Source: a virus (lineage: Duplodnaviria > Caudoviricetes). From it: 54,090 nucleotides of DNA. The DNA lies in IMG/VR virus record IMGVR_UViG_3300021962_000142, positions 1 through 54,090 of that record, one strand, 5' to 3'. Position numbers and translations under genes: made by a program. A model generated the notes under the pieces. The model searched no databases. It worked only from the letters and a program-made list of their open reading frames with translations, and was not told where the DNA came from. Shown piece after piece: positions 26,239-36,202 of the stretch. How positions within the stretch are numbered: the first letter of the stretch is position 1; every line of letters starts with the position of its first letter.

Positions 26239-26558
26239 GCCTCCGGTGGCGCTATCACGCCTTGCTCAATGCCGGCTTTGGCCACATAGGCCATGATCGC
26301 ACTGATCGCCGCGGCCAAGTCCGGGTCCGCATCTGCCCCTGCGAGCAGGTCAGTGAGGTGCAGCCGCAGCGGCTCGGCGGGTGCTTCCTCCACGCCGGTC
26401 TCGGTGAGGCGGTAGCGTGCGAGCATGAGACGGGCTTCGGCTTCGCCGCCGATCTGCGGGGCGCTGATGACGACCTCTCGCAGCCAGATGCGGTCGTACA
26501 CCGCATTGATGCTCACGGTGGCGTCGGGCGAGGTGTAGAGCGTTGGAATGTCAGGCAT
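26235..26558 (-). CDS. Hypothetical protein following tail fibre (possible chaperone)
   Basis: Coupled ORF. Confidence 0.55.
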   Translation of the reverse strand: MPDIPTLYTSPDATVSINAVYDRIWLREVVISAPQIGGEAEARLMLARYRLTETGVEEAPAEPLRLHLTDLLAGADADPDLAAAISAIMAYVAKAGIEQGVIAPPEA

Positions 26559-28104
26559 GGTTCAGTCGCTCCTCTAGTGCTGCGATGCGTGCGTTGCTTT
26601 CCTGTAGCGCCTTGATCAGCACTGGCACCAGTTTCTCGTACGCAAGTCCCAGATGGTCGCCGCACTGTGCCACCACGCTGTCGGCGTAGTCGGTGCCCGC
26701 CAGCGCCGCCTGTGCCTCCTGTGCGATCAGTCCGACCTGTCGCTCGGTGGCGAAGTTTCTCTCGGCGTGCGGAAGAAAGTCAAAGGCGACGGCCCGCAGG
26801 GCTTCGATGACTGCGGTGGCATCGGTCAGTGTTTTGACGTTGGTTTTGAAACGTGCGTCGGACGTGGCGATCGTTGCGTTGGTGGCGTAAATCTGGGAGT
26901 TGACTTGCAGCAGGTACGCACCGTTATCAGTTGTGGTGCCGATCAGCACTTCGCTGTTGGAGTTGATGCGAATTGCCGTGTTCAGCGTCGCCGTGTTTCC
27001 AGCGGTACCGCTGGACGAGGTACGCGAAAAATCCACGTTCCCGGAACCTTCAATCCATCCCCACCCATGCCCTGTGCCTGCGTACTTCCATCCGGATTGA
27101 AAATACAAATTGCCAAGAAATCCGCGAGACGCGCCGTAGAGCGTGATGTCGCCGGACGCTTGTACGTTGGAAGTTGTGCTTGCTGCTGGCGTCACGCCAA
27201 TGCCCAAATTACCACCCGCGTCCACCCGCACCCGCTCCGCACCGCCGGACGTGCTGATGGTGAAGATGTCCGCCCCGTCGCTGCCGATGAACGGCCCATT
27301 CCCTGTTGATCCGTTGTTGATTTGGATGCCGTATTTTTCGGAGTTGGCATGAAAAGCGACTCGTCCGCCACTTCCAACCCGCACTCGCTCCACCCCAGCC
27401 GTCACCAGACTCGCCGTATCCGCCCCGCCGATCTGCGCTAGGCCGGTGTTCGCGTCGCCGCTGAACGCCACGCCCGGAGCCGACGCGCTGCCTGCTTGAA
27501 CAAACAGCGGATTTTCCAGCGTCACGCTGCCGGTTGCTCTGGAGATCGCTATGGGCGTGCCGAGAAACACTCCAGCGTCTGACCACCGCGTGATCCAAAA
27601 CGTCGATCCGGCGTTGCTACCACTCTCGGCGTCGAATCCCGGCGTGATCTGCCAGCGGTCTACGCCGCTTGTCTGGAGTTTCAACGCCCGCACGTTGCCT
27701 GCGACCGTGCCCGTGAGCGTCAGCGGTGAGGTAACGCTGACCGCTCCGGTGAAGTTCGCCGCCGCTGCGCTTACCGTGCCCGTGAACGCTGGCGAAGCCG
27801 TCGGCTGCACACTCAGCGTGGTGCGTGCCGCAGCCGCGTCGGCCGAGCCGATCAACGAGCGGCCGAAGGAGCCGCAGGATATTTCTTCCGCGGCACCTGC
27901 CCCTGCTGAGCTGCGGCCCAAAATGCGATCTGTAGCCGTCACGTATGGCGTCACATAAGAGAGCGAGGACCACGCCGTGGTGCCATCGCCCACCTTAAAC
28001 CGCCGCGTGTCTGTCTCAAACGCAAGCTCTCCGGCCGCCAGCGTGGGGTTCGCTGTCGTTATGCTGCTGGCCGTGCCGCGCTTGTGTTTGATCTTAATCG
28101 TCAA
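26551..28104 (-). CDS. Tail fibre with Mtd/hyaluronidase-type N-terminus and C-terminal S74 intramolecular chaperone
   Basis: TTG start coupled by TTGA; KRGT...NPTLAAGELAFETDT..FKVGDG..AW..L.Y; ERVRV repeats; TSDARFKTNV...GLIAQE...Y..LVPVLIKALQE. Confidence 0.85.
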   Translation of the reverse strand: MTIKIKHKRGTASSITTANPTLAAGELAFETDTRRFKVGDGTTAWSSLSYVTPYVTATDRILGRSSAGAGAAEEISCGSFGRSLIGSADAAAARTTLSVQPTASPAFTGTVSAAAANFTGAVSVTSPLTLTGTVAGNVRALKLQTSGVDRWQITPGFDAESGSNAGSTFWITRWSDAGVFLGTPIAISRATGSVTLENPLFVQAGSASAPGVAFSGDANTGLAQIGGADTASLVTAGVERVRVGSGGRVAFHANSEKYGIQINNGSTGNGPFIGSDGADIFTISTSGGAERVRVDAGGNLGIGVTPAASTTSNVQASGDITLYGASRGFLGNLYFQSGWKYAGTGHGWGWIEGSGNVDFSRTSSSGTAGNTATLNTAIRINSNSEVLIGTTTDNGAYLLQVNSQIYATNATIATSDARFKTNVKTLTDATAVIEALRAVAFDFLPHAERNFATERQVGLIAQEAQAALAGTDYADSVVAQCGDHLGLAYEKLVPVLIKALQESNARIAALEERLNHA

Positions 28105-28721
28105 TAGGAACCGCCGTCGATCTCGGTAGCCCAACTGATGGTGTCGGTGCTGGCTGTGTAATACAGCACACCGTTACTTACGCCGCCGCCGTCCAGTGCG
28201 GAGATGGTGTCTGCTGAGTTGGCGACCAGCACTGTGCCCTTGGCCGCGGCCGTCAGCCCGGTGCCGCCCTTCGACACGCCGATGGCAGTGCCGTTCCACG
28301 TTCCGCTGACGTTTCCGCTGGCAGTCACATCCGTGCAGGACAGGTCGCCGGTGCCCAGCGAGATGTCCTTGTTGGCGTCCACCACCAGGGCTTTGGATGC
28401 ACTGGCCGTGCCCGCGGTCACCGTGTTGAGGTAGTTCAGCTCAGCGGCGGTGCTGCTGACCGCGGTCCCGCCAATTTTCAGCGTGCCGCTGAAGTTTGCC
28501 GTTCCGCTGAACGTGTACGTGCCGCTGGCCGTCTGCGTTGCGGTGAGGCTAAGAAACGCACCGGGCCCGCCGATGGCAAGGACCGACGCCCCGCCACCGC
28601 TCCCCTTGCCGATGTGCAGGATGTCATCGACTTCAGAAAAAGCCAGCTCTGACTGAGCCAGTGAGCCTGGGGCGCCGCTCGCCCCACCCGTGGAACGTCG
28701 CTTGATCCTGAGCGTAGCCAT
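28101..28721 (-). CDS. Tail-fibre-like protein
   Basis: LRIKRR...APGSLAQSELAF; STAAELNYL; GTWNGTAIGVSKGGTG; ends IDGGSY. Confidence 0.7.
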   Translation of the reverse strand: MATLRIKRRSTGGASGAPGSLAQSELAFSEVDDILHIGKGSGGGASVLAIGGPGAFLSLTATQTASGTYTFSGTANFSGTLKIGGTAVSSTAAELNYLNTVTAGTASASKALVVDANKDISLGTGDLSCTDVTASGNVSGTWNGTAIGVSKGGTGLTAAAKGTVLVANSADTISALDGGGVSNGVLYYTASTDTISWATEIDGGSY

Positions 28722-29008
28722 TAGAAATCACCCCCGTTTACAACGTCCTGCTCTGGGTAGTTCCGCCATTTGCCGCTGCTGTATCTGAGTAGGTCGCCCT
28801 CGGCCGGTGACGAAACCTGCACATCCTCCAGCTCGGAACCGTCCGATGTGGTGTAGTAGGGGAGTGCGTTCCAGGCCGTTTCACCGTTTCCGATCTTCAG
28901 TCTCAGCGTGTCTGTTTCGATGCCCAGCTCGCCGGCCAGCAAGACTGGGTTCCGGGCGGCCCATGCAGCCGCCTGACCACGCCTGAGCTGTACACGGTTC
29001 CGGGACAT
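28721..29008 (-). CDS. Stand-alone Mtd-N/hyaluronidase-N domain protein
   Basis: QLRRG.AA.W...NPVLLAGELGIETDT..LKIGNG.TAWN.LPY; ends VNGGDF. Confidence 0.75.
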   Translation of the reverse strand: MSRNRVQLRRGQAAAWAARNPVLLAGELGIETDTLRLKIGNGETAWNALPYYTTSDGSELEDVQVSSPAEGDLLRYSSGKWRNYPEQDVVNGGDF

Positions 29009-29017
29009 GTCTAATTA

Positions 29018-29224
29018 TCAATGTCCCTCCAGCAGCTCCGCGGGGATCATTTGGCGGATTTCTTCGGCCAATCGCACCTCTCCGACGCTACCGCCCTCGT
29101 ATTTGACGAGGCTCCGGAGGCGGGCGTCGATTTGGGCCAAGAGCGTTAAGGCCGCGGGGCCCAGCCGGGCGGCGTCATAGTCGTCCTGCTCCTCCGGCAA
29201 TTTGAAAGAAAAAGTGGCACGCAT
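29018..29224 (-). CDS. Hypothetical protein
   Basis: MRATFSFKLPEEQDDY, a common phage small-protein pattern. Confidence 0.6.
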   Translation of the reverse strand: MRATFSFKLPEEQDDYDAARLGPAALTLLAQIDARLRSLVKYEGGSVGEVRLAEEIRQMIPAELLEGH

Positions 29225-29227
29225 TTG

Positions 29228-30352
29228 CTACTGATCCTCCTGCCGCGTGTGGAAGTAGCTGCGGACCCAGTCCACTAGCTGCGGTGGGGCCGCATCGGTC
29301 CACGCCAATAGCCCGTTGGTGTCCACTTTGACATGCGCCACCGGGTCAAACCCGGCGTCGATCACCGGTCCCCAGCGGTCCACGTATTGCCGATTGGCCC
29401 GCGTCCCATGATACATGTGTACAGTATCTCCCGGAAGCGCTCCGATGCGGCCCTGGACCTTGCGGTGGGCCTGGTGCGCCCATGCCGAGAAGTCGGCTGC
29501 CATGGCGGGATTCATCCGCCGCAGGCATTGGGACTTCTCCAAGCCCATCCAAGCCTCCAGTGCCATGGCGTCGCCGGAGCCAACGATGTGCCGGTCATAC
29601 AGCGGGAAGACCGACCTGCGGGCCGCCCACGCGCCGCCGGGGGATATGGGCTTGTCAGCGTCATACCTAGACCCGCCAGGGCCGACGCTGGTCAGCACCT
29701 CGCACACCGCACCCATGGCGTCCGGACAGTGCCAGCGGTTCCAGAGCTGAACCACGGCGTGGTGCCCCAGCAGTTCATCTAGCCGCTCAGGCCAATGCCG
29801 ATCCAAGAAAATCACATCGGCGTCAATCCACGCCACCCGCGTGTAGCTGGCCGGCAGTGACTCAACCAAGAGGTTGAGCAGCCGCTCCTTTTGCCACATC
29901 CGGTGCGCGTCCGTGGCTCTAATGTGGAGCCAAGCGTCAGGCGTGGGGAAAGCCTGGCCGTCATAGGCGACCTCGGCGGTGAAGAGCGGCAGTCGCCACC
30001 ACCGCATCTCATGCAAAAATCGCAGGTAGTTCTCGGTGGAGTTCTTCCAGCCCGCCGGGTTGTAATGGCAGGCGATCACGGCCAGCCGGCCATCCGCTGG
30101 CTTGGGCTTGGATGGCTTGCGTGCGATGCGGATCATGCGTGCCACCACATCCAGCGGCAGCACATGGCCACGCTTCTCAGCCTCCTCCCGTATCCATGAG
30201 GCGAGCGTAAAGTCGTCGGTGGCGTCGGCTAGACCGGCACGGGTGACAGCAACTGCGTTATCTACCTTCGCTCGTTGCAGCAGGCTGCCTATCCGCAGCA
30301 GGCGCCCGCCAACGGTCACGTTCCACCGCAGCAGTTGGGGACGATTCGCCAC
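29228..30352 (-). CDS. Glycosyltransferase-like protein (GT-A fold)
   Basis: MWQKERLLN...VAWIDADVIF (DxD)...GGAWAARR...GSGD...HMYHG. Confidence 0.7.
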   Translation of the reverse strand: MANRPQLLRWNVTVGGRLLRIGSLLQRAKVDNAVAVTRAGLADATDDFTLASWIREEAEKRGHVLPLDVVARMIRIARKPSKPKPADGRLAVIACHYNPAGWKNSTENYLRFLHEMRWWRLPLFTAEVAYDGQAFPTPDAWLHIRATDAHRMWQKERLLNLLVESLPASYTRVAWIDADVIFLDRHWPERLDELLGHHAVVQLWNRWHCPDAMGAVCEVLTSVGPGGSRYDADKPISPGGAWAARRSVFPLYDRHIVGSGDAMALEAWMGLEKSQCLRRMNPAMAADFSAWAHQAHRKVQGRIGALPGDTVHMYHGTRANRQYVDRWGPVIDAGFDPVAHVKVDTNGLLAWTDAAPPQLVDWVRSYFHTRQEDQ

Positions 30353-31134
30353 CGCTGACTCGTTGGGTCATACCGCCCATGCACCCACTGGTTTTCCGGC
30401 AGTGAGAAATTGACTCCTCCCGGGCAGAGGAACGCAGCCGAATCAGTGGAGTGATTGTGGACGAATGTCAGGGCATTCACGCCGACATTGATGAAGGTCG
30501 CCCGCGTCACGCCGTCACGCACCGCATTGGTGATGCCGCGCACCTCGGTGGTGGTGCTGGCCGTGAGCCGGTACACATCGGCCACGGTGCTGATCACGGT
30601 GTTGCTGATCGTCACGGTTGCCCACCGCTCGCCCGTTGCAACCGCGGTGGTGAAGTCTGTCACTGCCGTGGAGTTGTGGCCGTGGGAAGCCGGGGCGGCA
30701 CCGATGGTGGTTGCATTGAGTGACACTGCCCCCGTGAGCCCATTGACGCTGGCCACGGGCCCGGTGGTTCCGGCGATCACCGCCACGGCACTGGCGAAGT
30801 TGGTGATGTCGCCGGTTGCGTGGGTATGCGATGTCGGTGCAGCGCCGATCGAAGTGGCGTTGATGCTCACCGCCCCCGTGACGCCATTGACACTGGTCAC
30901 CGGGGAGGCAGTTCCACAGACACTCGCCGCGGCTGCATTGAAGTTGGAAATGTCACCTGCGGTGATGGCTACGGCCCCTGTGCGCCCAGCCACCGAATGC
31001 ACTGGGCCAGACAATGCCGCAATGGCCCCAGCCGTCACCCGCGTGGTCTGGGTGTTGCCGGCGTTGTTGACGATGAGAATCGCATTCGCCTCGGCCACGC
31101 CGACCGGGAGCGAAGAAATTTTAACGCTTGGCAT
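30316..31134 (-). CDS. Tail-fibre-like repeat protein
   Basis: Three VxSVxGxTGAV repeats with HxH motifs (SHTH, SHGH). Confidence 0.7.
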   Translation of the reverse strand: MPSVKISSLPVGVAEANAILIVNNAGNTQTTRVTAGAIAALSGPVHSVAGRTGAVAITAGDISNFNAAAASVCGTASPVTSVNGVTGAVSINATSIGAAPTSHTHATGDITNFASAVAVIAGTTGPVASVNGLTGAVSLNATTIGAAPASHGHNSTAVTDFTTAVATGERWATVTISNTVISTVADVYRLTASTTTEVRGITNAVRDGVTRATFINVGVNALTFVHNHSTDSAAFLCPGGVNFSLPENQWVHGRYDPTSQRWRIVPNCCGGT

Positions 31135-31149
31135 GGGTGCCTCCCGCGG

Positions 31150-31683
31150 TCATACGTTCCTGCCCTTCACCTTGTAGGCGTGGCGCTCAATGATCTTTTC
31201 CCGCAGCTCCCCCACCTTGGCGCGCGGGTGACGCTTCCGCTCCTTGCGCAATTCGTCTCGGATGATGGACTCCGACAATAGGGTGCGCTTGGGGGCTTCT
31301 GGGAGCGGCTCATGCGAGACGGCCCCCTCCACGCGGCGGTTGCGCTTGCGGGCCACCCGCAGCACATCGTCCGATGAGGACACCCACGCTTCCGGGTCAC
31401 GCCACGCGCGGCTGTCCGCAAGACCTCCGCAGTAGTACTTGCCGGCTATGTTGATGCCGGCTGCTCGGGCCTCCCGTGACATCCACCGGGCTTGGCCGAC
31501 AGGCATGCCGTCCAGTTGCTGTCCGCTCATGCGGCCTTGCATAAAGGCGCGGTCGGTCCCCTTGGTGCCTGGCGGGCACTGAAGGGCAACCATCAGCGCC
31601 CAACGCTCGCCGTGCGGCAACGCGGCCTTGTACGTGCGAACTGCTTCAGGCCCGGCGTCACGGACTTCCTGCGGGATTTGCAT
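31150..31683 (-). CDS. Hypothetical protein downstream of portal
   Basis: Operon-filling ORF. Confidence 0.65.
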   Translation of the reverse strand: MQIPQEVRDAGPEAVRTYKAALPHGERWALMVALQCPPGTKGTDRAFMQGRMSGQQLDGMPVGQARWMSREARAAGINIAGKYYCGGLADSRAWRDPEAWVSSSDDVLRVARKRNRRVEGAVSHEPLPEAPKRTLLSESIIRDELRKERKRHPRAKVGELREKIIERHAYKVKGRNV

Positions 31684-33646
31684 TCTGCGGCTCCTGCTGC
31701 GGTGGAGGAGGCGGCGGCGGGGGCACCAAAAACTCGCTCACATCCATCTGGTTGACTTTGCCCCACTGCGTCATCACGCCGTTGAACAACTCAGGGCGGC
31801 CGGCTTGGATTAAGCCCTGCGCCACCGGCATGATCACCTGCATAAAGTTGTTCAGGTTCTCTGTCTTGGTGGCGATGTTGGGCTTGCGGGCTGAACCGGC
31901 TTCGACGCGGTAGGAATACTCCCGGACGATGGACTCCGGGTTTTCGTTTTGAACGTGCATCTGCCACGCCTGTGCCGCCATAGGACCAAGCAGAGGAGCA
32001 ACGTCCTGTGGGTACACCATCCACCGGGCCAGCAGGGCTTCCTTGCGGGCGACCTCGGACAGGGCGTCTTCCAACGTATTGGCGTAATCGTCCGGCCTCA
32101 CGCTGATCTGCTCGCTCTTCACGGTGGCCTCTGCGGCCGACCTGAAGGATGCCCTGGTCATACCGTAAATCAGCTCGGTCAATCCCACTCGCCTATCAAA
32201 CAAACTGGTCACTTCGGCAATGATGTTGTACATGTCCTGCGTTACGCCCGGCATTTGGAACACGCTGATGACATCGTTGACCGACCGACCGAGAGCCTCT
32301 GAGATTTCGACAATGTTGAAGCCGCCTTCGGCCTTGTCGTCCAGAATCTTTGCCTTCAGGTCCGGGTCAGCCGCCTTGGCGACGCCGATGAGCGTCTGCG
32401 ACGAAGTGGCAATGCGAGTCGCCAAGAACGACATTGCCCAGTTGATGAACCGCAGCTCACCGATGCCGGGTTTGATAAGGCTGATGGGCCAAGAGTAGCC
32501 GGGCTGGCCATGCCAAGCTAAAAGCGTGAACGGCCAGCCGTTGGGCTCGGCCCAGAACGGGATGGGCCACTGGGCCGCCATGAACATCGTCGGCGGCACG
32601 CCAGTATCGTCCACCTCCTCTTGCAGCATGGCCGGCGGCATGTTGAGAGGGAAGTCCACGCCTTCGGCTATGACGATGTAGCAGTTGGGCCCAAAGGCGT
32701 CGAACTTGCCTCGCAGGTCCTTGTCCGCGTCCTTGAGCCGATCGCCAAAGCCCGTCTTGCTGTAGACCTCCCAGTAGCAGATGAGGTCGTTCGTCTTGCC
32801 GGTCTTGCGGCGCTGCTCATAGCCGCGGATGCGTTCCTCGGCGCGTGACGAGTAGGATTCGATGTGGCCCTTCAGGTCGTCACGGCTCAGTCCGAACTTG
32901 GCAGCCACCTCGTCGATCGGCTGCGTGCGTTTCCGGGCGGCCCAACGGATGTCCTCAAACTCGTCCGCGTCCGGGTCCCAGACAAGATTGTCGATGCTGT
33001 CGAAGAAGCTGCCGGCAAACCTCACGGTTGCTCCCGGCGGCGCGTACAGCTCATGCCACCACACGGAAGCGCCCTTAATGAACGCCTCCTCAACCACCTT
33101 GCGGCTGTGCCGCTTCAGGTCCAGCTCATTAGGTGTGTAGTTGAGGTAGTCTTCCAAGAGCCGGCTGACCAGCTTGCGGCTCTCAAACAGCATCTGCTGC
33201 TGCTGGACGAGCTGCTGGTAGTACATCTGGCCCGGGTCCGGCATCATCACCGGCTGGCCGTCAGGGCCCATCACGGGCTGCCCGTCCGGGCCCATCTGCG
33301 GCATGGGCGGCTGCGGGAAGATGCCCAAGAGCTGCGGGCCGACGATCGGGTACTCCTTGGGCGTCACCGTGCGAACTGGGTTCCGGTGGTGGATCACGGC
33401 CGTAAAGAGCCGGACAGCCTCCCAAACACGGTTCACAACCATCCGAAACGGTGGCGGTGACAGGCCGCGGTTGTAGCCGCGTTCGCCACGGGCAAACTCG
33501 TTGCCCCACATGGCGTCAGGGTCGGAGCTGTAAAACCCCATCGCCTCCCGGGCGTCCCGGGTGAAGGGGTCCTTGTGCTTCTCGGCCTGCTTAATGCACT
33601 CCAGCCACCGTTTGACGATGGGGCGCAGCGGGTTGTCCTCGGGCAT
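31658..33646 (-). CDS. Portal protein
   Basis: 662 aa, near terminase; RSAAEA.VK and VEAGS motifs and P/Q tail typical of P22/podo-like portals (inference). Confidence 0.75.
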   Translation of the reverse strand: MPEDNPLRPIVKRWLECIKQAEKHKDPFTRDAREAMGFYSSDPDAMWGNEFARGERGYNRGLSPPPFRMVVNRVWEAVRLFTAVIHHRNPVRTVTPKEYPIVGPQLLGIFPQPPMPQMGPDGQPVMGPDGQPVMMPDPGQMYYQQLVQQQQMLFESRKLVSRLLEDYLNYTPNELDLKRHSRKVVEEAFIKGASVWWHELYAPPGATVRFAGSFFDSIDNLVWDPDADEFEDIRWAARKRTQPIDEVAAKFGLSRDDLKGHIESYSSRAEERIRGYEQRRKTGKTNDLICYWEVYSKTGFGDRLKDADKDLRGKFDAFGPNCYIVIAEGVDFPLNMPPAMLQEEVDDTGVPPTMFMAAQWPIPFWAEPNGWPFTLLAWHGQPGYSWPISLIKPGIGELRFINWAMSFLATRIATSSQTLIGVAKAADPDLKAKILDDKAEGGFNIVEISEALGRSVNDVISVFQMPGVTQDMYNIIAEVTSLFDRRVGLTELIYGMTRASFRSAAEATVKSEQISVRPDDYANTLEDALSEVARKEALLARWMVYPQDVAPLLGPMAAQAWQMHVQNENPESIVREYSYRVEAGSARKPNIATKTENLNNFMQVIMPVAQGLIQAGRPELFNGVMTQWGKVNQMDVSEFLVPPPPPPPPQQEPQNANPAGSP

Positions 33647-33664
33647 CTGGCAGGCTCCTACCTA

Positions 33665-33979
33665 CTATTGCCCGCCGCCGGGCTTTTTGGCCCCAACCTT
33701 CTGCTCCAAGAGGCTGACCCGCTCGGAAAGCATGGCCAGACGCGGGTCAGACTTATGTTCCCAGTACCCGTACCGCTTCCAGTCCGGGAATTCCTCCACT
33801 CCGGGATCGGTGCTGTGGTGAACGCTGGGCTTTTCCACCACCCCGCCACGGCCAAACGCCATGAGATTGAGCGTCCTGGAGGACGCAGAGATCACCACGG
33901 CCGGCACGGGCTCCGCTTCGATGTGCGGGAAAAACAGCACCCAGTCTCCGACCGCCGCCTTGGGCATTTCGTAGCTCAT
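33665..33979 (-). CDS. Hypothetical protein
   Basis: ATG coupled to the terminase stop. Confidence 0.6.
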   Translation of the reverse strand: MSYEMPKAAVGDWVLFFPHIEAEPVPAVVISASSRTLNLMAFGRGGVVEKPSVHHSTDPGVEEFPDWKRYGYWEHKSDPRLAMLSERVSLLEQKVGAKKPGGGQ

Positions 33980-35667
33980 CGTTTCAGGCTCCCTGTGGGG
34001 GCTAGCAACACACACGGATCAGTTGATTCACGCTGACGCTTGCGCCTGGCCTCCTGCCATTTGACCCACCACGGCTCCGACCCTGGCCGGCGAGGCGGAA
34101 CGTGGTACTTGGGCTCATGCGCACACAGGTACTCCAACGTCTGGGCGGCATGGACTTCGCCGCGCGTCTGCGGTGCGTCGGTCACGTACACCACCCCGTT
34201 GACACTCGTCGTCTTCTTGCGGTATCGCTTCAGCTCCCTGAGCAAGTTTGGGCACGCTCCCTCCAGCACACGCAGCTTGGTGGAGCCGTCTCCGCGGATG
34301 TGGAGCATCTGGCGCACAAGTGCCGTGCGTGCAGGAATGTCGTCGCTGCCGGGGATGAACTGATGTCCAGTAAGCGTGAACCGAATCTTACGCTTTTTCA
34401 GCTCCTCTGAATACAGCTCATGTGGTAGGCGGCCGGAGCCCAAATCCCGGAGCAGGCCACCGTGCATGTCCATGATGGCCGCGTGGATCACGGAGTCTTT
34501 GACCTTCTCGGCAAACTGCTCGCCCCAGATCAGCGCATTGCAGTTGCGGATGTACAGCTCGTCATAGATCAGCAGGAACCGTTCGTCCGGCGGAACGGCC
34601 CCAAACAGCGAAGCCATCACCGCGTGGCCCGGGTCAATCGCCACGTAGCGGGTCCAGTCGTCCGGCACCACGCCATCCGGCAACTGGTCCTTGCGCATCA
34701 CATGCACGGACGGGTTGAAGGTGGGGTACATCAACGTGGACTCAGTGGTGAACTCACCCTCGGCCCGCATGCGCAGCTCGTCCTGCCCAAGCGCACTCCA
34801 CCGCTCTAGGTTCTTCTGCTTTTCCTCTTGGTCGATGTGCGGGTTGTCCAAGAACCGCAGGGAGAACTTGCGGATGATTGGATTCGCCACGCCATCTTCC
34901 GCCGCCTTGTCGGCGCGTTCGCAGAGTCCAAGCAGGGCATCGTTCTTGCTGTGGGGCATGGCCGACCACACAAAGCGCCCCTTGCGGTCTGCGAGGCGGG
35001 CCTGCATCTCACCGATCCACGCCTCATTGCCAACGTCCTCGTCAATCCAGCAGAGGTCGGCCTGGAAGCCTTGCGGGGGTTCTCCTTCGGACGAGAAGCA
35101 GTAAATGGTCCACCCGTTCAGCAGTTCAGCGCGCTGAAGGTAGTGGGCGTTCTTCAGCACCCAGCTCAGGTCTTTGATCAGACGCGGCGGAATCAACGGA
35201 GGCGCCGGCTTGCACTGCGCGCGGCGGTGTTCGTCCAACCCGGGCCGGTATGAGCGCCACTGTCCTGTGTGTTCGTCACGGATGATTTTGAACGCGCCGG
35301 GGCGGAACAGCGACCTATAGATCACCATGCCGATGTGCGGCCAATTCCTGCCGACGACGACGAGGTTCCCATCTTCCTTGGGGTACTTGCCGTATGGGTC
35401 TTGGCCCGTGGCCGCGCGGGCCGCTTCGATGCTGACGGCCAGCGTCTTGCCGCCTCGGTTGCCGCCAAGAACCACCCGCTCGCTCGCCAAGCAGCGGTGG
35501 AACTCCTCCTGAGTCGGCATGGGCTCATAGAGACGCAGGGACTCCAGCCGACGCTCGGTCAGCTCAGCCTGAACGTCCCGCATCTGGCCCAGTTGGTGCT
35601 GGGTCAGACCACCGAGATCGCCTTCAGGAATTGGGGGCGGCGGTATCTTGGGGTGTCGGCGTGGCAT
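33976..35667 (-). CDS. terL: Terminase large subunit
   Basis: Walker A GGNRGGKT, Walker B CWIDE, nuclease AIDPG, YDELY. Confidence 0.9.
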   Translation of the reverse strand: MPRRHPKIPPPPIPEGDLGGLTQHQLGQMRDVQAELTERRLESLRLYEPMPTQEEFHRCLASERVVLGGNRGGKTLAVSIEAARAATGQDPYGKYPKEDGNLVVVGRNWPHIGMVIYRSLFRPGAFKIIRDEHTGQWRSYRPGLDEHRRAQCKPAPPLIPPRLIKDLSWVLKNAHYLQRAELLNGWTIYCFSSEGEPPQGFQADLCWIDEDVGNEAWIGEMQARLADRKGRFVWSAMPHSKNDALLGLCERADKAAEDGVANPIIRKFSLRFLDNPHIDQEEKQKNLERWSALGQDELRMRAEGEFTTESTLMYPTFNPSVHVMRKDQLPDGVVPDDWTRYVAIDPGHAVMASLFGAVPPDERFLLIYDELYIRNCNALIWGEQFAEKVKDSVIHAAIMDMHGGLLRDLGSGRLPHELYSEELKKRKIRFTLTGHQFIPGSDDIPARTALVRQMLHIRGDGSTKLRVLEGACPNLLRELKRYRKKTTSVNGVVYVTDAPQTRGEVHAAQTLEYLCAHEPKYHVPPRRPGSEPWWVKWQEARRKRQRESTDPCVLLAPTGSLKR

Positions 35668-36202
35668 GCTCTATCTTTGGTGAGTCCACCACCGTCACGG
35701 CCTTCACTGCCGTGGCGGCCTCTAGCACTTGGCGGCGCAACTCGGCTTCCAGCTCCTCCTCGGTCATCAGCTCCAGCGGCTTCTTGGCGCCGCCCATAGC
35801 GGTGTTGGTGGTGACAAGCCGCATGACGCCCTCCAGCATCTTGGTGCGGAACGCGCCTCCGGGGGTGCTGTCATAGAACTGCTTCATGTAGCAATTCGCA
35901 AACCCACGCACGCCTCCGAAGTACTCCATCAGAACTTCCAGCAGCTCAGACGAGTGCGGGATGTTGGCCCCGCCGATCCGGGCCGCGCCGACAAACACAT
36001 CCAGCGCCCCTCGCTCAATCTCATCCAGACGTTTGGTGGTGCGGCTCTTGCGGGCCTTGCGTATCTTCTTGTTGCGGCACGCCTTGCACCGCGGATGCAA
36101 GCCGTCTTTGCTTTTGTGGAAGTAGTCATTGGTTGCGGGATACACCTTCCCGCAGTCAATGCATGCCTGACGCTTGCCGTCAGAGTTGGCAGTGCCAGAC
36201 AT
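35624..36202 (-). CDS. Zn-finger protein, probable terminase small subunit
   Basis: CIDC...CKAC; C-terminal MTEEELEAEL; directly upstream of terL. Confidence 0.55.
   Translation of the reverse strand: MSGTANSDGKRQACIDCGKVYPATNDYFHKSKDGLHPRCKACRNKKIRKARKSRTTKRLDEIERGALDVFVGAARIGGANIPHSSELLEVLMEYFGGVRGFANCYMKQFYDSTPGGAFRTKMLEGVMRLVTTNTAMGGAKKPLELMTEEELEAELRRQVLEAATAVKAVTVVDSPKIEHATPTPQDTAAPNS

Noticed and set aside
33250-33300. 24-bp tandem repeat in portal (MGPDGQPV x2) as a regulatory element
   Set aside because: In-frame low-complexity loop of a kind common in such portals; no further support.
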